Assembly (NCBI GenBank): GCA_963826785.1
Contig: CAWGYD010000006.1
Span: 256,001-320,000, forward strand
Length of the DNA stretch: 64,000 bases
Reading direction: 5' to 3'
From: an uncultured delta proteobacterium
GTDB lineage: Bacteria > Desulfobacterota > Desulfobacteria > Desulfobacterales > Desulfosalsimonadaceae
Part shown: positions 23,076 to 33,494 of the stretch, in pieces
Layout: every line of letters starts with the position of its first letter
Numbering within the stretch: position 1 is the first letter of the stretch
Program-made: the position numbers and the translations under genes
Notes under the pieces: model-generated
What the model was told of the DNA's origin: nothing
What the model saw: the letters and a program-made list of their open reading frames with translations, nothing else
Databases searched by the model: none

Positions 23076-25529
23076 TCATTGAATCGCCAACGGATTTTCG
23101 GTCAGCCACAGCCGCTCAAAAGGGGCCAGTTTCCGGTCCAGTCTTCCCGGGGGAGCCAGATCGATCCACCGGTTTTGCACATTATCATATACCCTGCCCA
23201 TCTCTTGGATTCCCATTTCCGGCAATACGATGCGCGTAGTTGTTTGCCGGTCCACGATATTGACCAGGGCAAGCGACCAATGCTTTCGGCAATGATTATA
23301 TACCAGGGCCGCCGTTTTTCCGGCCGAACCGGTGCGCGCCTCGTGTCCCCGAAAATTTAAGGCCGGGTCACTATCCGCCAGCGAGATCAGGCGGTTGATC
23401 CCGGCCGCGACAGCATGGTGAAAGGTGGACGGGTCCTCTATGATTCCGGACAGATCCGCATATTTAGACCGGGTGCGCTTGATGTCTCGCAGCTCGCCGG
23501 TGGCTTCCATCCGAAGAAGATCGTTGCCCAGCCCCATCAGGTCGTTGAAATAAATAGTGCGGATATTTCTTCCGGTCAGGGCAAAGGCCAGGGTGTAAAA
23601 AGCCAGATACCGGTCGACTTCCAGTTGCCGGTCCTCCAGGCGCACCATGGCATCCCGGGTGGAGACGCATAATTCATAGGGCTCGCGGCCGAAAAGCATC
23701 TTGTCGGCCAAAAATTCGATCACATCTTGAGCCGCCGCCCCGGATGCGGGCGGACCTGTTGCAGCGAAAATATCTGCCGGCGTCCTGATTTCATCTTTTA
23801 AAAAAAGCGTTTCCGATTCGGCCGCACTATCCCCAAACAGCCGCCTTATAGCCTGTCGGGCGTTGAAGCCGGCCTCCCTGCACAGGTTTTCAAATTCGCT
23901 TTTTCCGATCTGCCGGGCCGGAACAGACTTATACTTGATGCGGCCGCCGTTTTGCATGGCGACCCGGGCCGATTGAGCGCGTTCGGATACATTCAGCAGG
24001 TCCAGGCTTCCCCGGACGGATTTGCCGTCGTGGCTTTCGGCCACACTGAACCGGATGCGATCGGGGGGGATGTCGAAACGGGCGGTCATTTCCTGGATGC
24101 GATGAAGAATTTCGGCGTTTTCCAGGTTGAATACCGCCGGCAGCATGCCGGCCAGGTGAAAATCATACATCACGGGCGGGGCATCGGGCGCCGCCAGCTG
24201 GGACAAAACGTTCGACAAGGTATCGTTGACTTCCAGGTTGGCGCTGATCCGGGGGGCCGCGCATTCCATGGACAGATAGAGGATGCGCATGAGGTGCCGG
24301 ACCTCGGGCAGGCCGAAACAGGGGGTTTTCCATTTCTTGAAGGCATAATTGGCCGCATCCAGCCGGAGCAGGTTGAGATCCAGGCCGAGATACCAGGAAA
24401 AATCATCGGCCAGCAGCACAAGCCCCGCCAGGGTGGACGTGTTCACATCCACCTGGACATGGCTGAAAGTGGTCAGCGCCCGGATATATTCGCCGAAAAT
24501 CTCACCCTCCAGCTTTTCAAATGCCTGGCAAAACTGCCTTGCCTTTCCGGCCTCATACCCGACGGCGACCAGCAGGTCGGTCCGGGTCCTGATATGCGGC
24601 TTGAAGATATAGGGTGGATGGCGGGTTTCCTGGATGGAAGAGAGGGTAAAGACCGCATCGGGCGAAATGCTGTTGGCCCGCAGATACCGCCTGAACCCGC
24701 TTACGATATCGTAGTCTTCATCTAGCAGCATCTGGTCATTTTTGATTTTACTGAAAATGGAAAAAATTCTGATGACCGGCAGGGGCAGTTTAAACGGCAG
24801 CAGGTCATCCATTGCCATGATCCGTCCTTCCGGGTCGAATCCGGCGTAAGTTGAATTTCTGGGCCGGCGGCGAAACAGGGTAAACAGCGGAAAGGGCCGG
24901 GGCCTGAAGACACGGTCAAAATCCCCCCGGTCCAGGTGCTGTTGATACGCTTTTTCGGAAAAGACGTAAAAGCATTCCCCGGCAGCATCGTCGCCGTCCA
25001 GGTAGGCACGGAATTTCGGATGGGCGATATCCACATGGTTTAAGACAAAATCGGCCATGAAGCAGCACCGGCCGGCAAGGCCGGCAAACAGGTCGTTGGT
25101 GCCGAAGGCGGGATCGATGCGGTTTCTTTGGACCTGGGAAAAATAGCCGTCGTTGAACCGGTCTTTGACGACCCGGCAGGCCGGCAGGATGTGCAGCCCG
25201 CCGGCAGCCGGGAAATACTGCGACAAAAACCGGCCCAGAACCGCAAGCGTCGGCAAATCTTTCTCCCGCACACTGTCGGGATAGGCGATCACGACCGTTT
25301 TCTGCCGGAATCTGGAAAGCGGATCGGAAGGGGCAAAGCCTACATCTTCCGACTTGATGCGCACATCTTTTTCCTGCCAGACCGAATTGAGCATGTGAAG
25401 CCAGTAGTCGGTGATTTGGGCGGCCAGGCCGCCGAAATCGGACCGGGGAAACATGATTTCGAACAGGCGTCCAATTTCCGCGAGCTTTTCGGGGGCAAGG
25501 GGCATCCAGGGGTTTGCGTCCATGTTCAC
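23076..25529 (-). CDS. GH13 sucrose/glucosylglycerate phosphorylase-like protein with insertions
   Basis: GLHILP, DFVLNH, FRPRPFPL, TTFSHVQVDVN, LRLDAANY, NLEVN and SHDG motifs. Confidence 0.75.
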   Translation of the reverse strand: MNMDANPWMPLAPEKLAEIGRLFEIMFPRSDFGGLAAQITDYWLHMLNSVWQEKDVRIKSEDVGFAPSDPLSRFRQKTVVIAYPDSVREKDLPTLAVLGRFLSQYFPAAGGLHILPACRVVKDRFNDGYFSQVQRNRIDPAFGTNDLFAGLAGRCCFMADFVLNHVDIAHPKFRAYLDGDDAAGECFYVFSEKAYQQHLDRGDFDRVFRPRPFPLFTLFRRRPRNSTYAGFDPEGRIMAMDDLLPFKLPLPVIRIFSIFSKIKNDQMLLDEDYDIVSGFRRYLRANSISPDAVFTLSSIQETRHPPYIFKPHIRTRTDLLVAVGYEAGKARQFCQAFEKLEGEIFGEYIRALTTFSHVQVDVNTSTLAGLVLLADDFSWYLGLDLNLLRLDAANYAFKKWKTPCFGLPEVRHLMRILYLSMECAAPRISANLEVNDTLSNVLSQLAAPDAPPVMYDFHLAGMLPAVFNLENAEILHRIQEMTARFDIPPDRIRFSVAESHDGKSVRGSLDLLNVSERAQSARVAMQNGGRIKYKSVPARQIGKSEFENLCREAGFNARQAIRRLFGDSAAESETLFLKDEIRTPADIFAATGPPASGAAAQDVIEFLADKMLFGREPYELCVSTRDAMVRLEDRQLEVDRYLAFYTLAFALTGRNIRTIYFNDLMGLGNDLLRMEATGELRDIKRTRSKYADLSGIIEDPSTFHHAVAAGINRLISLADSDPALNFRGHEARTGSAGKTAALVYNHCRKHWSLALVNIVDRQTTTRIVLPEMGIQEMGRVYDNVQNRWIDLAPPGRLDRKLAPFERLWLTENPLAIQ

Positions 25530-25764
25530 CTTCAGACAAATTATCTGCCGATCAGCACATGATCTGATTTAACGGCAAAGGCGCGCGATCTGCAGGTTCA
25601 AGCGCATAACTGCAGCCATTGATCGCACCGTTTGAACGCTGCCAAAATCATATCCGTTTGACGCGTCCGGGTTCTTGTACTATACGACAAAAATCTGGCT
25701 TTTGCTCAAAAAGGATAATATCTTTGTTTGCAATGCGCACCTGTTAATTACTCTGGAGCCTCCC

Positions 25765-26520
25765 ATGAGAATCAGAACCAAGATCATTCTGGGATTTTTT
25801 ATCCTTGCGGCCATGCTTGCGGTGGCGGGGGCATACTCGATCTACGAATTGACGACCATCAGCACATCCGTTCAGCAACTGCTGGACGACAACTACCGGA
25901 GCATCAATGCCTCCAAGCAGATGATCGAGTCGCTGGAACGGGAAGACAGCGGATTGCTGCTGCTGCTGTCGGGAAAATGGAAAGAAGGCCGTGAAACCAT
26001 CCTCGCGGCGGATCAGAATTTCAAACAGGCCTTTACTATCGCCAGCCACAATCTGACCCTGCCCGGTGAAAAACAGAACGTCGAGCGCATATCCGCATTT
26101 TACGACCAATACCGCCGGAAATGGGACCAGCCCATCGTGGGCACGGCGCTTGAGGACAACCTGAACTGGTATTTCAGGGAGGTCCACGATGCTTTTTTAA
26201 AGGCCAAAGGGGCCGTTCAGGAGTTGATGGCCGCCAATGACCAGGCCATGTACCAGACGGCTTCACAGCTCAAAGACCGGGCACATCGCGCGGTGATGCC
26301 GGGGATCGTGGCCATCTTGAGCGCACTGGTGTTTACGCTCCTGTTCAATTTTTTCGTCAACCTGTACATCGTCAATCCCCTCCTGGCCATCACCCATGCG
26401 GTGAATCATTTCAATCAGACCAATGAATCGATCCGGCTGAACATCGACACGAGAGACGAGCTGCATGACCTGGCATCGGCGGTCATGGACATGTCCGTTC
26501 TGATCCGGACGCAAAAATGA
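25765..26520 (+). CDS. Four-helix-bundle sensor plus HAMP membrane protein with no output domain
   Basis: TM1, DDNYRSINASKQMIESLEREDS, TM2, then VNPL..RDELHDLASAV HAMP-like end. Confidence 0.75.
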   Translation: MRIRTKIILGFFILAAMLAVAGAYSIYELTTISTSVQQLLDDNYRSINASKQMIESLEREDSGLLLLLSGKWKEGRETILAADQNFKQAFTIASHNLTLPGEKQNVERISAFYDQYRRKWDQPIVGTALEDNLNWYFREVHDAFLKAKGAVQELMAANDQAMYQTASQLKDRAHRAVMPGIVAILSALVFTLLFNFFVNLYIVNPLLAITHAVNHFNQTNESIRLNIDTRDELHDLASAVMDMSVLIRTQK

Positions 26521-26578
26521 GATTTTTGCATACAGACATGGCCGAAATATCCGCACCTCCAATCCAGGTTGTCCGGCC

Positions 26579-28018
26579 ATGAGAATCCAGATCATCGCCC
26601 GCTACCTGGGGATCGTTCTGCTGTTCAACGCCCTGTTCATGTTCATTTCGGCCGCAATTTCCGCCATCGGCGGCGACGGCGGCATACTTCCGCTCCTCTT
26701 CAGCGGGTTTGTCACCGCCCTTCTGGGCATATTCCCCCTGGTCTTCGTGCCGGCCACCTATGATGTCCGCAAGGAGGAGGGGCTGGCCATCGTGGTGGCC
26801 GGGTGGCTCTTTTCCTCCCTGATCGGAACGGTGCCCTATATCCTCTGGGGAGGTGAATTCACCTTCACCAATGCCTGGTTCGAGAGCGTGTCGGGATTTA
26901 CCACCACGGGATCGACCATCCTCAACAACATCGAAGCCCTTCCGGCCGGGCTGCTGTTCTGGCGGTCCACCACCCACTGGCTGGGGGGAATCGGAATTGT
27001 CATCTTCGTCCTGGCCATCGTTCCTACCGTGGGACAGACCGCCATGGTGCTGTATAAGGCGGAAATTTCCGATCTTGCCGTGGACAACCTGCAGTACCGC
27101 ACCCAGAAGACGCTGCAGGTGCTGCTGGTGGTCTACGTGGGGCTGACCATTCTGGAAACCGTTTCTTTGATGATATGCGGCATGAGCCTGTTCGATGCGG
27201 TCACCCATTCATTTGCCACCGTGGCCACCGGCGGGTTTTCGCCGAAAAACCTGAGCGTCGCCTATTACAACAGCCCCGCCATCGAAACGGTGATCATGAT
27301 TTTCATGATCCTCTCGGGCCTGCATTTCGGCCTGATATTTGTCGCCATCAGCGGGGCCGGCGGCAAACTGTGGGAATCCACCATCGTCCGGTATTACCTG
27401 CTGGCACTGCTGATCGGGATTGTTTTGATCAGCATCAATGTGCACGGCCGGATCTATGACAGCTGGGGGGCGGCTTTCCGGTATGCCTCCTTCCAGCTGA
27501 TATCGCTTGGCACCAGCACCGGATTTGCCACCACGGACACGGCGTTATGGCCCGGATTTTCCATTCTGATCCTGATCTTTTTTTCCCTGCAATGTGCCTG
27601 TGCGGGTTCCACCTCGGGGGGGATCAAGGTGGACCGTATCGTCATCTTCTGGAAAGCAGTGGCCGCCAGGTTTAAACGGCTGCGGCATCCCCGGGCGGTA
27701 ATCGTCATGAAAGTGGATGCCTCGGTGATCGGACCGGATCTGATCGAAGCCAGCCTGCTTTACATTTCACTTTACCTGGGAATCGTGTTCATCTCGTCGC
27801 TGCTGCTGGCCCTGATGGGGATGGATATCATGTCGGCTTTTTCCGGAACGGTGGCGGCCATGGGCAATGTCGGACCCGGATTTTCGACGGTCAGCTCCAT
27901 GAGCAATTTTGCAAACGTCCCGGAAGCGGGGAAATGGGTGCTTAGCCTGGTCATGCTGCTGGGGCGGCTGGAGATATTCGGATTTTTCATGCTGATCATA
28001 TACCGGCTGACCCGATAG
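26579..28018 (+). CDS. trkH: Trk potassium uptake membrane protein
   Basis: FESVSGFTTTGST, WLGGIGI, TVATGGFS, STGFAT, GSTSGGIKV, GNVGPG, MLLGRLEI. Confidence 0.93.
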   Translation: MRIQIIARYLGIVLLFNALFMFISAAISAIGGDGGILPLLFSGFVTALLGIFPLVFVPATYDVRKEEGLAIVVAGWLFSSLIGTVPYILWGGEFTFTNAWFESVSGFTTTGSTILNNIEALPAGLLFWRSTTHWLGGIGIVIFVLAIVPTVGQTAMVLYKAEISDLAVDNLQYRTQKTLQVLLVVYVGLTILETVSLMICGMSLFDAVTHSFATVATGGFSPKNLSVAYYNSPAIETVIMIFMILSGLHFGLIFVAISGAGGKLWESTIVRYYLLALLIGIVLISINVHGRIYDSWGAAFRYASFQLISLGTSTGFATTDTALWPGFSILILIFFSLQCACAGSTSGGIKVDRIVIFWKAVAARFKRLRHPRAVIVMKVDASVIGPDLIEASLLYISLYLGIVFISSLLLALMGMDIMSAFSGTVAAMGNVGPGFSTVSSMSNFANVPEAGKWVLSLVMLLGRLEIFGFFMLIIYRLTR

Positions 28019-28046
28019 ATACAAGGTCCTGGAGAATGAGGGAATT

Positions 28047-29165
28047 TTAATTCTTGCAGGCGGGGGCGATTTCCGGTGATTCGATGACCACCCGGTTGCG
28101 GCCCAGCCGTTTGGCTTCATAAAGCGCTTCGTCCGCAGTCCGGACCAGCGATTCAGGGCCTTTGCCGGATGAGGGAATTCGGGTGGAAATGCCCACGGAA
28201 ACGGTGATCACCTCTTCTGCCGGGTTCTCCCGATGGGGGATATGAAGATCCTGGATCTGCCGGCGGACATGTTCGGCCACTGTCTTTGCACCCGCGCAGG
28301 GTGTCTCCGGCAGGATCACGGCAAACTCCTCCCCACCGTATCTCGCGGCCAGGTCCGCCGGCCGGTGAATGCAGCTGCGGATCACTTCTGACAGCCGCCG
28401 GAGGCATTCATCCCCTGAAGGGTGGCCATAGATATCATTATACCGCTTGAAGTGATCCACATCGATCATCAGCAGCGAAATCTCGCTTTTCCGGCGAAGC
28501 GCCCGTTTCCATTCTTTTTCCAGCATATCGTCAAAATGGCGGCGGTTGAACAGCATCGTGAGCCCATCGGTAATGGCCATTTTCCGCATGTCATAGCGCA
28601 GATGAATGGAGGCGATCAGGATCCGGTGGATGCGCCGGCTGTTGGCCACCAGCGCCACAATCAGAAACAGAAGCGCCGCACTGTAGGAAAAGTACTGGGC
28701 CTTGCCTTTCAACAGGAACTGGAACGCTACAGGAGAGATGACCACAGCGGTGTAGGCACAGTAAATCCGCGCAAACGGCGCCTGGCTGTGACCGGCGCCG
28801 GCCACCACCCCCGCCAGCACCGCCACCAGGTAAATCTGAAACTCCGTTTCCCCGGTAAAGAACAACAATGCGCTTGCGCCCCAGACCATGGCGGATACCA
28901 GTGTTCCCGCGGCGTAGGCCCGATACCAGAAGCGTACCGGACGGCCGCCGGCCCGGTAATACCGCCGGCTCAGCATCACCCTGAAAAGGGTCGCCACCAG
29001 GAGCGCAATCAGCCAGTACAGCAGAATCCTGCCCGGCACGGCCGGCAGGAGCAGGGCGCACATCAGCACGCCGCAGGACATGTTGGTCAGCAGAGAACCG
29101 ACAGGGTCCTGGAACACATATGCCACGCTTTCAGCAAAAAGATAGGCGCGACGGTTTTCAGGCAT
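28047..29165 (-). CDS. Membrane-bound diguanylate cyclase (GGDEF)
   Basis: Multiple TMs, DGLTMLFNRR, DVDHFKRYND, RPAD I-site, RYGGEEF. Confidence 0.92.
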   Translation of the reverse strand: MPENRRAYLFAESVAYVFQDPVGSLLTNMSCGVLMCALLLPAVPGRILLYWLIALLVATLFRVMLSRRYYRAGGRPVRFWYRAYAAGTLVSAMVWGASALLFFTGETEFQIYLVAVLAGVVAGAGHSQAPFARIYCAYTAVVISPVAFQFLLKGKAQYFSYSAALLFLIVALVANSRRIHRILIASIHLRYDMRKMAITDGLTMLFNRRHFDDMLEKEWKRALRRKSEISLLMIDVDHFKRYNDIYGHPSGDECLRRLSEVIRSCIHRPADLAARYGGEEFAVILPETPCAGAKTVAEHVRRQIQDLHIPHRENPAEEVITVSVGISTRIPSSGKGPESLVRTADEALYEAKRLGRNRVVIESPEIAPACKN

Positions 29166-29205
29166 CCATATCTCCTTTATGCCCAGCCCTTGGCGCGGGA
29201 GCCGG

Positions 29206-32200
29206 TCAATTGATGCCGGGACACGACGGGGATTCTGCCGACCCGTGATCATCCTCCGGGCAGAAGGTGTTTATGGCGCGCAGGTACTCCCCGGAGCGGT
29301 CCAGGTAAAACGCCAGGGGTTTTGAAAAATGTCTCCCCACGATGCCGTCGATGAACATCTGGCTAATTTCGCGCTCCATGGTCAGGATCTGCTGGGATTT
29401 GATCAAGGCGCTTCGCTCATCGGCGGACATCGTGCAGATGAAATTCTTGAACGCCGTTCTGGAGCGGGGCTGGTACATCCAGAAATAAAGCAGGTCCAGT
29501 GCATTGATGATCAGAATATTGATCAGTTCCCGGGACTCTTCGCCGGCATCCAGCAGCCATTGCCTGGGCTTGTCGAGAAGATACAGCACGTCTGCATCCG
29601 GATACAGGATTTCCAGCCGGGCATAGGTGTCCATGAACTGGGCCATTTTCTGCCGGTAATCGGACAGCCGGTTTTGGATATTCTTGGCCCGGTCCACCGA
29701 GCCTTCGATGAATCCGGCCACGCAGTCGGAAGCGGCTTTTGAAATCACCGCCGCCCAGCTCTGCAGGATTCCTTCAATACTGGATGCCCCCCACAGGATG
29801 AGGATCCCCCCCGCCATTTCGTTGAAGGCGAATGCCACGGGGATGGAAAACAGGCTGCGGAAAAAATTGCCGAATGCCGCTTCCCGGGGAAGCCCCCGAA
29901 ACAGGTTATGGGTGGTCAGGTAGATGCCGTTCACGGTAGCCATGATGGCATAGAGCATTACCGGGTGGGTGGTGGTATTGATGCCGAACCCATGGTTCAG
30001 CAAAAGCGTTTTCACCAGATAATCGAGCAGGGGCACGGAAAAGCCGGTATAGAGAAGCGAGTCCGTCAGCCGCTCCCAGCTGACGTAATCGTTCCACTGG
30101 AGCAGGGGGGATCGGCGGAAACCGCCGCCGCCGATGACGGATTGCAGAATATTGCGCAACCCGGTGATGCCAAACCAGATAAACGCACCGAACCAGGCCA
30201 GCACCCACCAGTCGTGGGTGATGACAAATGTCAGAAAGGCGGGGATGAATCCGACAATGACCTTCAGGGTATTTTTAACCGTGGTGTTCAGGTTGTTAAA
30301 GGAGCGCCGGTCTTCCTGAAGCCGCGGGGTTTCCGGGAGAAGCGCCAGTTGGTTGGTGGTCCCTTTCTGCTTCCCGCTCACCGTCACGATGTTGCCCCTG
30401 GGGACCATCCGGGTAAAATCTTCCAGCGCCACCCATTCCCGGGCGGGTTTCAGCCCGATCCCGGAAAGCCCTGGGATCATGCGGATCCTTCTGAGCAGCC
30501 GGTTCATCGCCCGGTTGTCTTCCGGCATGGGGGGGTAATTTAAGCGCAGGTAGGTATCCACGTGAAAGGGAAGGACCATGCGGGCGTTATCCGACTGCCG
30601 CACCGCCTCCTTCCGGGCGCGCCGCGGCAGGGACTCCATTACGGCAAGCCCCATCTCGTGCAGGCGGGGGGAATGGCCGGTGGAATCACTGCCAATTCGT
30701 GATTTGAGTGTCTTGATCCGGTACAGGTTCTTAAAAGTTTCGATATTCTCCAGGATCTTGCGAAACTTTTCGATCCGGGAGCGGGCATAGGGGCTTTCAT
30801 CTTCCTTTAATTTCTGGATCATTTCGATGATCAGCCGCTTGAGCTGAATGACATTTCCGGAGTTGATGGCCTGCTGCAGCTTGTCGATTACCGGAAGATG
30901 GCCGATCTTTCCCTCGGCATAATCCTTGAGATTGAAAATTTCAAGGCGGGTGATCCGACCCCGGCAGTCATAGAGCAGTTCCAGTACATCCTTTCCCCGC
31001 ATGTTGCTCAAATTGAGGGTGATGCGGTATCCCGAATTGAGCTGCGTCAGCTGATCGATCAATTCACATGGCGACAGGGTCATCAGCGACGGCCGGTCGT
31101 TGCTTTCCTGGGGATTGTTGATGTCCGGAACCGATGGGTTGTTCTTGGCCTTCAAAAAAAGATCATGGATCGCATCCGAGTCGAGCCGGTTCATCTGATT
31201 TACCCGTTCCTCGATGTCCAGTCGTTCTTTTTCGTCAGCCTTTTCATATTGGTGCTGCAGATCGGCCAGTTTTTCCTTCATCAGCGGAAGGAGCCCGGCA
31301 TGGATGAATTTGGCCAGATGCAGCAGCGAAGCCTGCCCGATGCCCACAAAAGACATGAACGCCGTCGGGTCCAGGGGCGGCATGTCGATTTCGAAAGTCT
31401 GATTGAGGACATGCCGGTGGCGCTGATTGAATTGCGCCAGGATGGCCAGGACATGATCCCTTTGAAAATCGGAAACCTTGCGGCCCTCTTTCATCAGCGC
31501 GCGGACCGATGGTTTGTCCAGAAAACGAAGGAAATCCCTGGCATCGGCAAATCCCCGGGGCACCCAGATGATCTGGGCGTACTGGTCATAAAAAGAAGCG
31601 AAAAACTCGATGCCGATGCGCACCATGATCCCCATGACTGCGGCGGCTTCCATGAGTTCCCCCGCGGTTTCCGGGGTGATATAGTTGTAATAGATCACCC
31701 GCAGGCGGCGGATGCCCTTGATCCAGGCATCCATGATCAGGTGGGTGGCGGATTTGCGGCCCTTGGTGTTGGCATCATGCACATGATCGTCAAACACCAG
31801 CTGGTTCCACTCCTCCGGCATCTCCAGGAGGTCGTATTTTCTGAGATAGGAGCGGACCACACGGGGTTTTCCGGATGCCACCACCCGGAAATCATGGGCC
31901 AGTCCCAGCTGGCGCTGGTAATCGCCCTTCGCCCGGACCAGGTCTTTCATGATCTCGATGAGCACCCGGGCGGTATTCATCTGCAGCTCCGTGCTGGTGG
32001 AGCACATCACCTCATCCCTGAGCGCCCGCAGGGCATTGATGCGATTTTCGATCTGGCCGCTTTCCAGTGATTCCAGCAGGTGAATCACCGCATAGGCGAT
32101 TCTCAATCCCTTGGATTCGGCCATCTCCTTTATGCCCCGGGGATGGAGAAAATGGAAGAAACGCCGCTGGGAGTGAATCTGCAGCTTGTCGCTTTCCAGC

Positions 32201-32301
32201 ATCTCATTGACCATGGTCAGCAGGAGATGATCCCGGCGGTCGAAAAAGACCTTGGGGATACGGGGCGGGGCCATTCGTTTCACGTCATGTTTTTGGGTCA
32301 T
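29206..32301 (-). CDS. Large hypothetical protein with PHP-like metal-binding motifs and C-terminal transmembrane region
   Basis: 1031-aa ORF; DDHVHD, GIEF and GSDS motifs; several hydrophobic helices in the last third. Confidence 0.7.
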   Translation of the reverse strand: MTQKHDVKRMAPPRIPKVFFDRRDHLLLTMVNEMLESDKLQIHSQRRFFHFLHPRGIKEMAESKGLRIAYAVIHLLESLESGQIENRINALRALRDEVMCSTSTELQMNTARVLIEIMKDLVRAKGDYQRQLGLAHDFRVVASGKPRVVRSYLRKYDLLEMPEEWNQLVFDDHVHDANTKGRKSATHLIMDAWIKGIRRLRVIYYNYITPETAGELMEAAAVMGIMVRIGIEFFASFYDQYAQIIWVPRGFADARDFLRFLDKPSVRALMKEGRKVSDFQRDHVLAILAQFNQRHRHVLNQTFEIDMPPLDPTAFMSFVGIGQASLLHLAKFIHAGLLPLMKEKLADLQHQYEKADEKERLDIEERVNQMNRLDSDAIHDLFLKAKNNPSVPDINNPQESNDRPSLMTLSPCELIDQLTQLNSGYRITLNLSNMRGKDVLELLYDCRGRITRLEIFNLKDYAEGKIGHLPVIDKLQQAINSGNVIQLKRLIIEMIQKLKEDESPYARSRIEKFRKILENIETFKNLYRIKTLKSRIGSDSTGHSPRLHEMGLAVMESLPRRARKEAVRQSDNARMVLPFHVDTYLRLNYPPMPEDNRAMNRLLRRIRMIPGLSGIGLKPAREWVALEDFTRMVPRGNIVTVSGKQKGTTNQLALLPETPRLQEDRRSFNNLNTTVKNTLKVIVGFIPAFLTFVITHDWWVLAWFGAFIWFGITGLRNILQSVIGGGGFRRSPLLQWNDYVSWERLTDSLLYTGFSVPLLDYLVKTLLLNHGFGINTTTHPVMLYAIMATVNGIYLTTHNLFRGLPREAAFGNFFRSLFSIPVAFAFNEMAGGILILWGASSIEGILQSWAAVISKAASDCVAGFIEGSVDRAKNIQNRLSDYRQKMAQFMDTYARLEILYPDADVLYLLDKPRQWLLDAGEESRELINILIINALDLLYFWMYQPRSRTAFKNFICTMSADERSALIKSQQILTMEREISQMFIDGIVGRHFSKPLAFYLDRSGEYLRAINTFCPEDDHGSAESPSCPGIN

Positions 32302-32484
32302 TGGCTCGCAACATTATAATAAATCTGTTAATTTGATTCATTTTACCTTTTTTGCCCGGGCGTGTCCATTTAAAAGAAGCCCGGGCCTGGAAGGCTCAAG
32401 GTGAAAAATCCCCCTTGATTTCCAATACACGGGCTGATAACAACAAGAGCCTGAATCCAAATGACAAACGAACGAAGAGCTGCC

Positions 32485-33234
32485 ATGTATAATGATAAAA
32501 CAGTGATTGTCATCATGCCCGCCTACAATGCAGCGGCGACCCTGCGCCGGACCTATGATGAGGTCATGGCCCAGGGGATTGTGGATCGGGTCATCGTGGT
32601 GGATGATGCCAGCAGCGATGAGACCGTGCAAATCGCCCGGACCCTGCCCCATGCCCTGGTCCATCCGCATCCGCAAAACCGGGGATACGGCGGAAACCAG
32701 AAAACCTGCTACCGGCTGGCCCTGGAACAGGGGGGAGATATCATCATCATGGTGCATCCCGATTACCAGTATACGCCGAAACTGATTCCGGCCATGGCCT
32801 CCCTGATTGCAAACGACCTGTATCACTGCGTGCTGGGATCGCGCATTTTAGGGGGGTATGCCCTAAAAGGCGGAATGCCGGGATGGAAGTATATCGCCAA
32901 CCGGGTGCTCACGTTTGCGGAAAACCTGCTGACCGGCGCCAAGCTGTCGGAATATCACACCGGCTACCGGGCCTTTTCACGCAGATTGCTGGAACAGCTG
33001 CCCCTGGATCAGAATTCCGATGATTTCGTCTTCGACAACCAGATGCTGCTGCAGATCCTGTGGCAGAATCACATGATCGCAGAAGTTTCCTGCCCCACCC
33101 GCTACTCCCCGGACTCCTCCTCCATCAATTTCAAGCGAAGCGTCACCTACGGATTCGGCTGCCTGTTCATGGCGTTAAAATTCCGCCTGGCCCGGATCGG
33201 GCTGATCCGCGCAAATGAATTTGCCGGCAGGTGA
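32485..33234 (+). CDS. Glycosyltransferase family 2 (polyprenol-phosphate sugar synthase-like)
   Basis: VIMPAYN, VVDDASSD, NRGYGGNQK, HPDYQY, EYHTGYRAF. Confidence 0.92.
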   Translation: MYNDKTVIVIMPAYNAAATLRRTYDEVMAQGIVDRVIVVDDASSDETVQIARTLPHALVHPHPQNRGYGGNQKTCYRLALEQGGDIIIMVHPDYQYTPKLIPAMASLIANDLYHCVLGSRILGGYALKGGMPGWKYIANRVLTFAENLLTGAKLSEYHTGYRAFSRRLLEQLPLDQNSDDFVFDNQMLLQILWQNHMIAEVSCPTRYSPDSSSINFKRSVTYGFGCLFMALKFRLARIGLIRANEFAGR

Positions 33235-33416
33235 CTCAGGGATTTTTCTCTTTTTTGAAGATTTGCCGCCTTTTTATAATTATCACTTGCAATGGCGCTT
33301 TCCGGAAATTTTTCCGCGGCTTCCCTGAAACAGTCCATGGCTTTTTCAGTCTCCCCCATCTGAAACAGCGTCACACAGAGATTATTCATGGCCTGCTCGT
33401 AATCGGGTTTTTTCAA
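33231..33416 (-). pseudogene. Isolated TPR fragment
   Basis: PDYEQAMNNLCVTLFQMGETEKAMDCFREAAEKFP is a single TPR-like repeat; no clear start context. Confidence 0.45.
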
Positions 33417-33494
33417 TCTTGATATCTTTTTCTTGGATGATCATCTCCCATGCGCATTCATATTTAAAGCAGCCACGCCGGTTATACAGCCGGG

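Noticed and set aside
26518..26578. Sec read-through of the HAMP gene TGA
   Set aside because: No Cys-type motif or clear SECIS, and there is no room for a further domain before trkH
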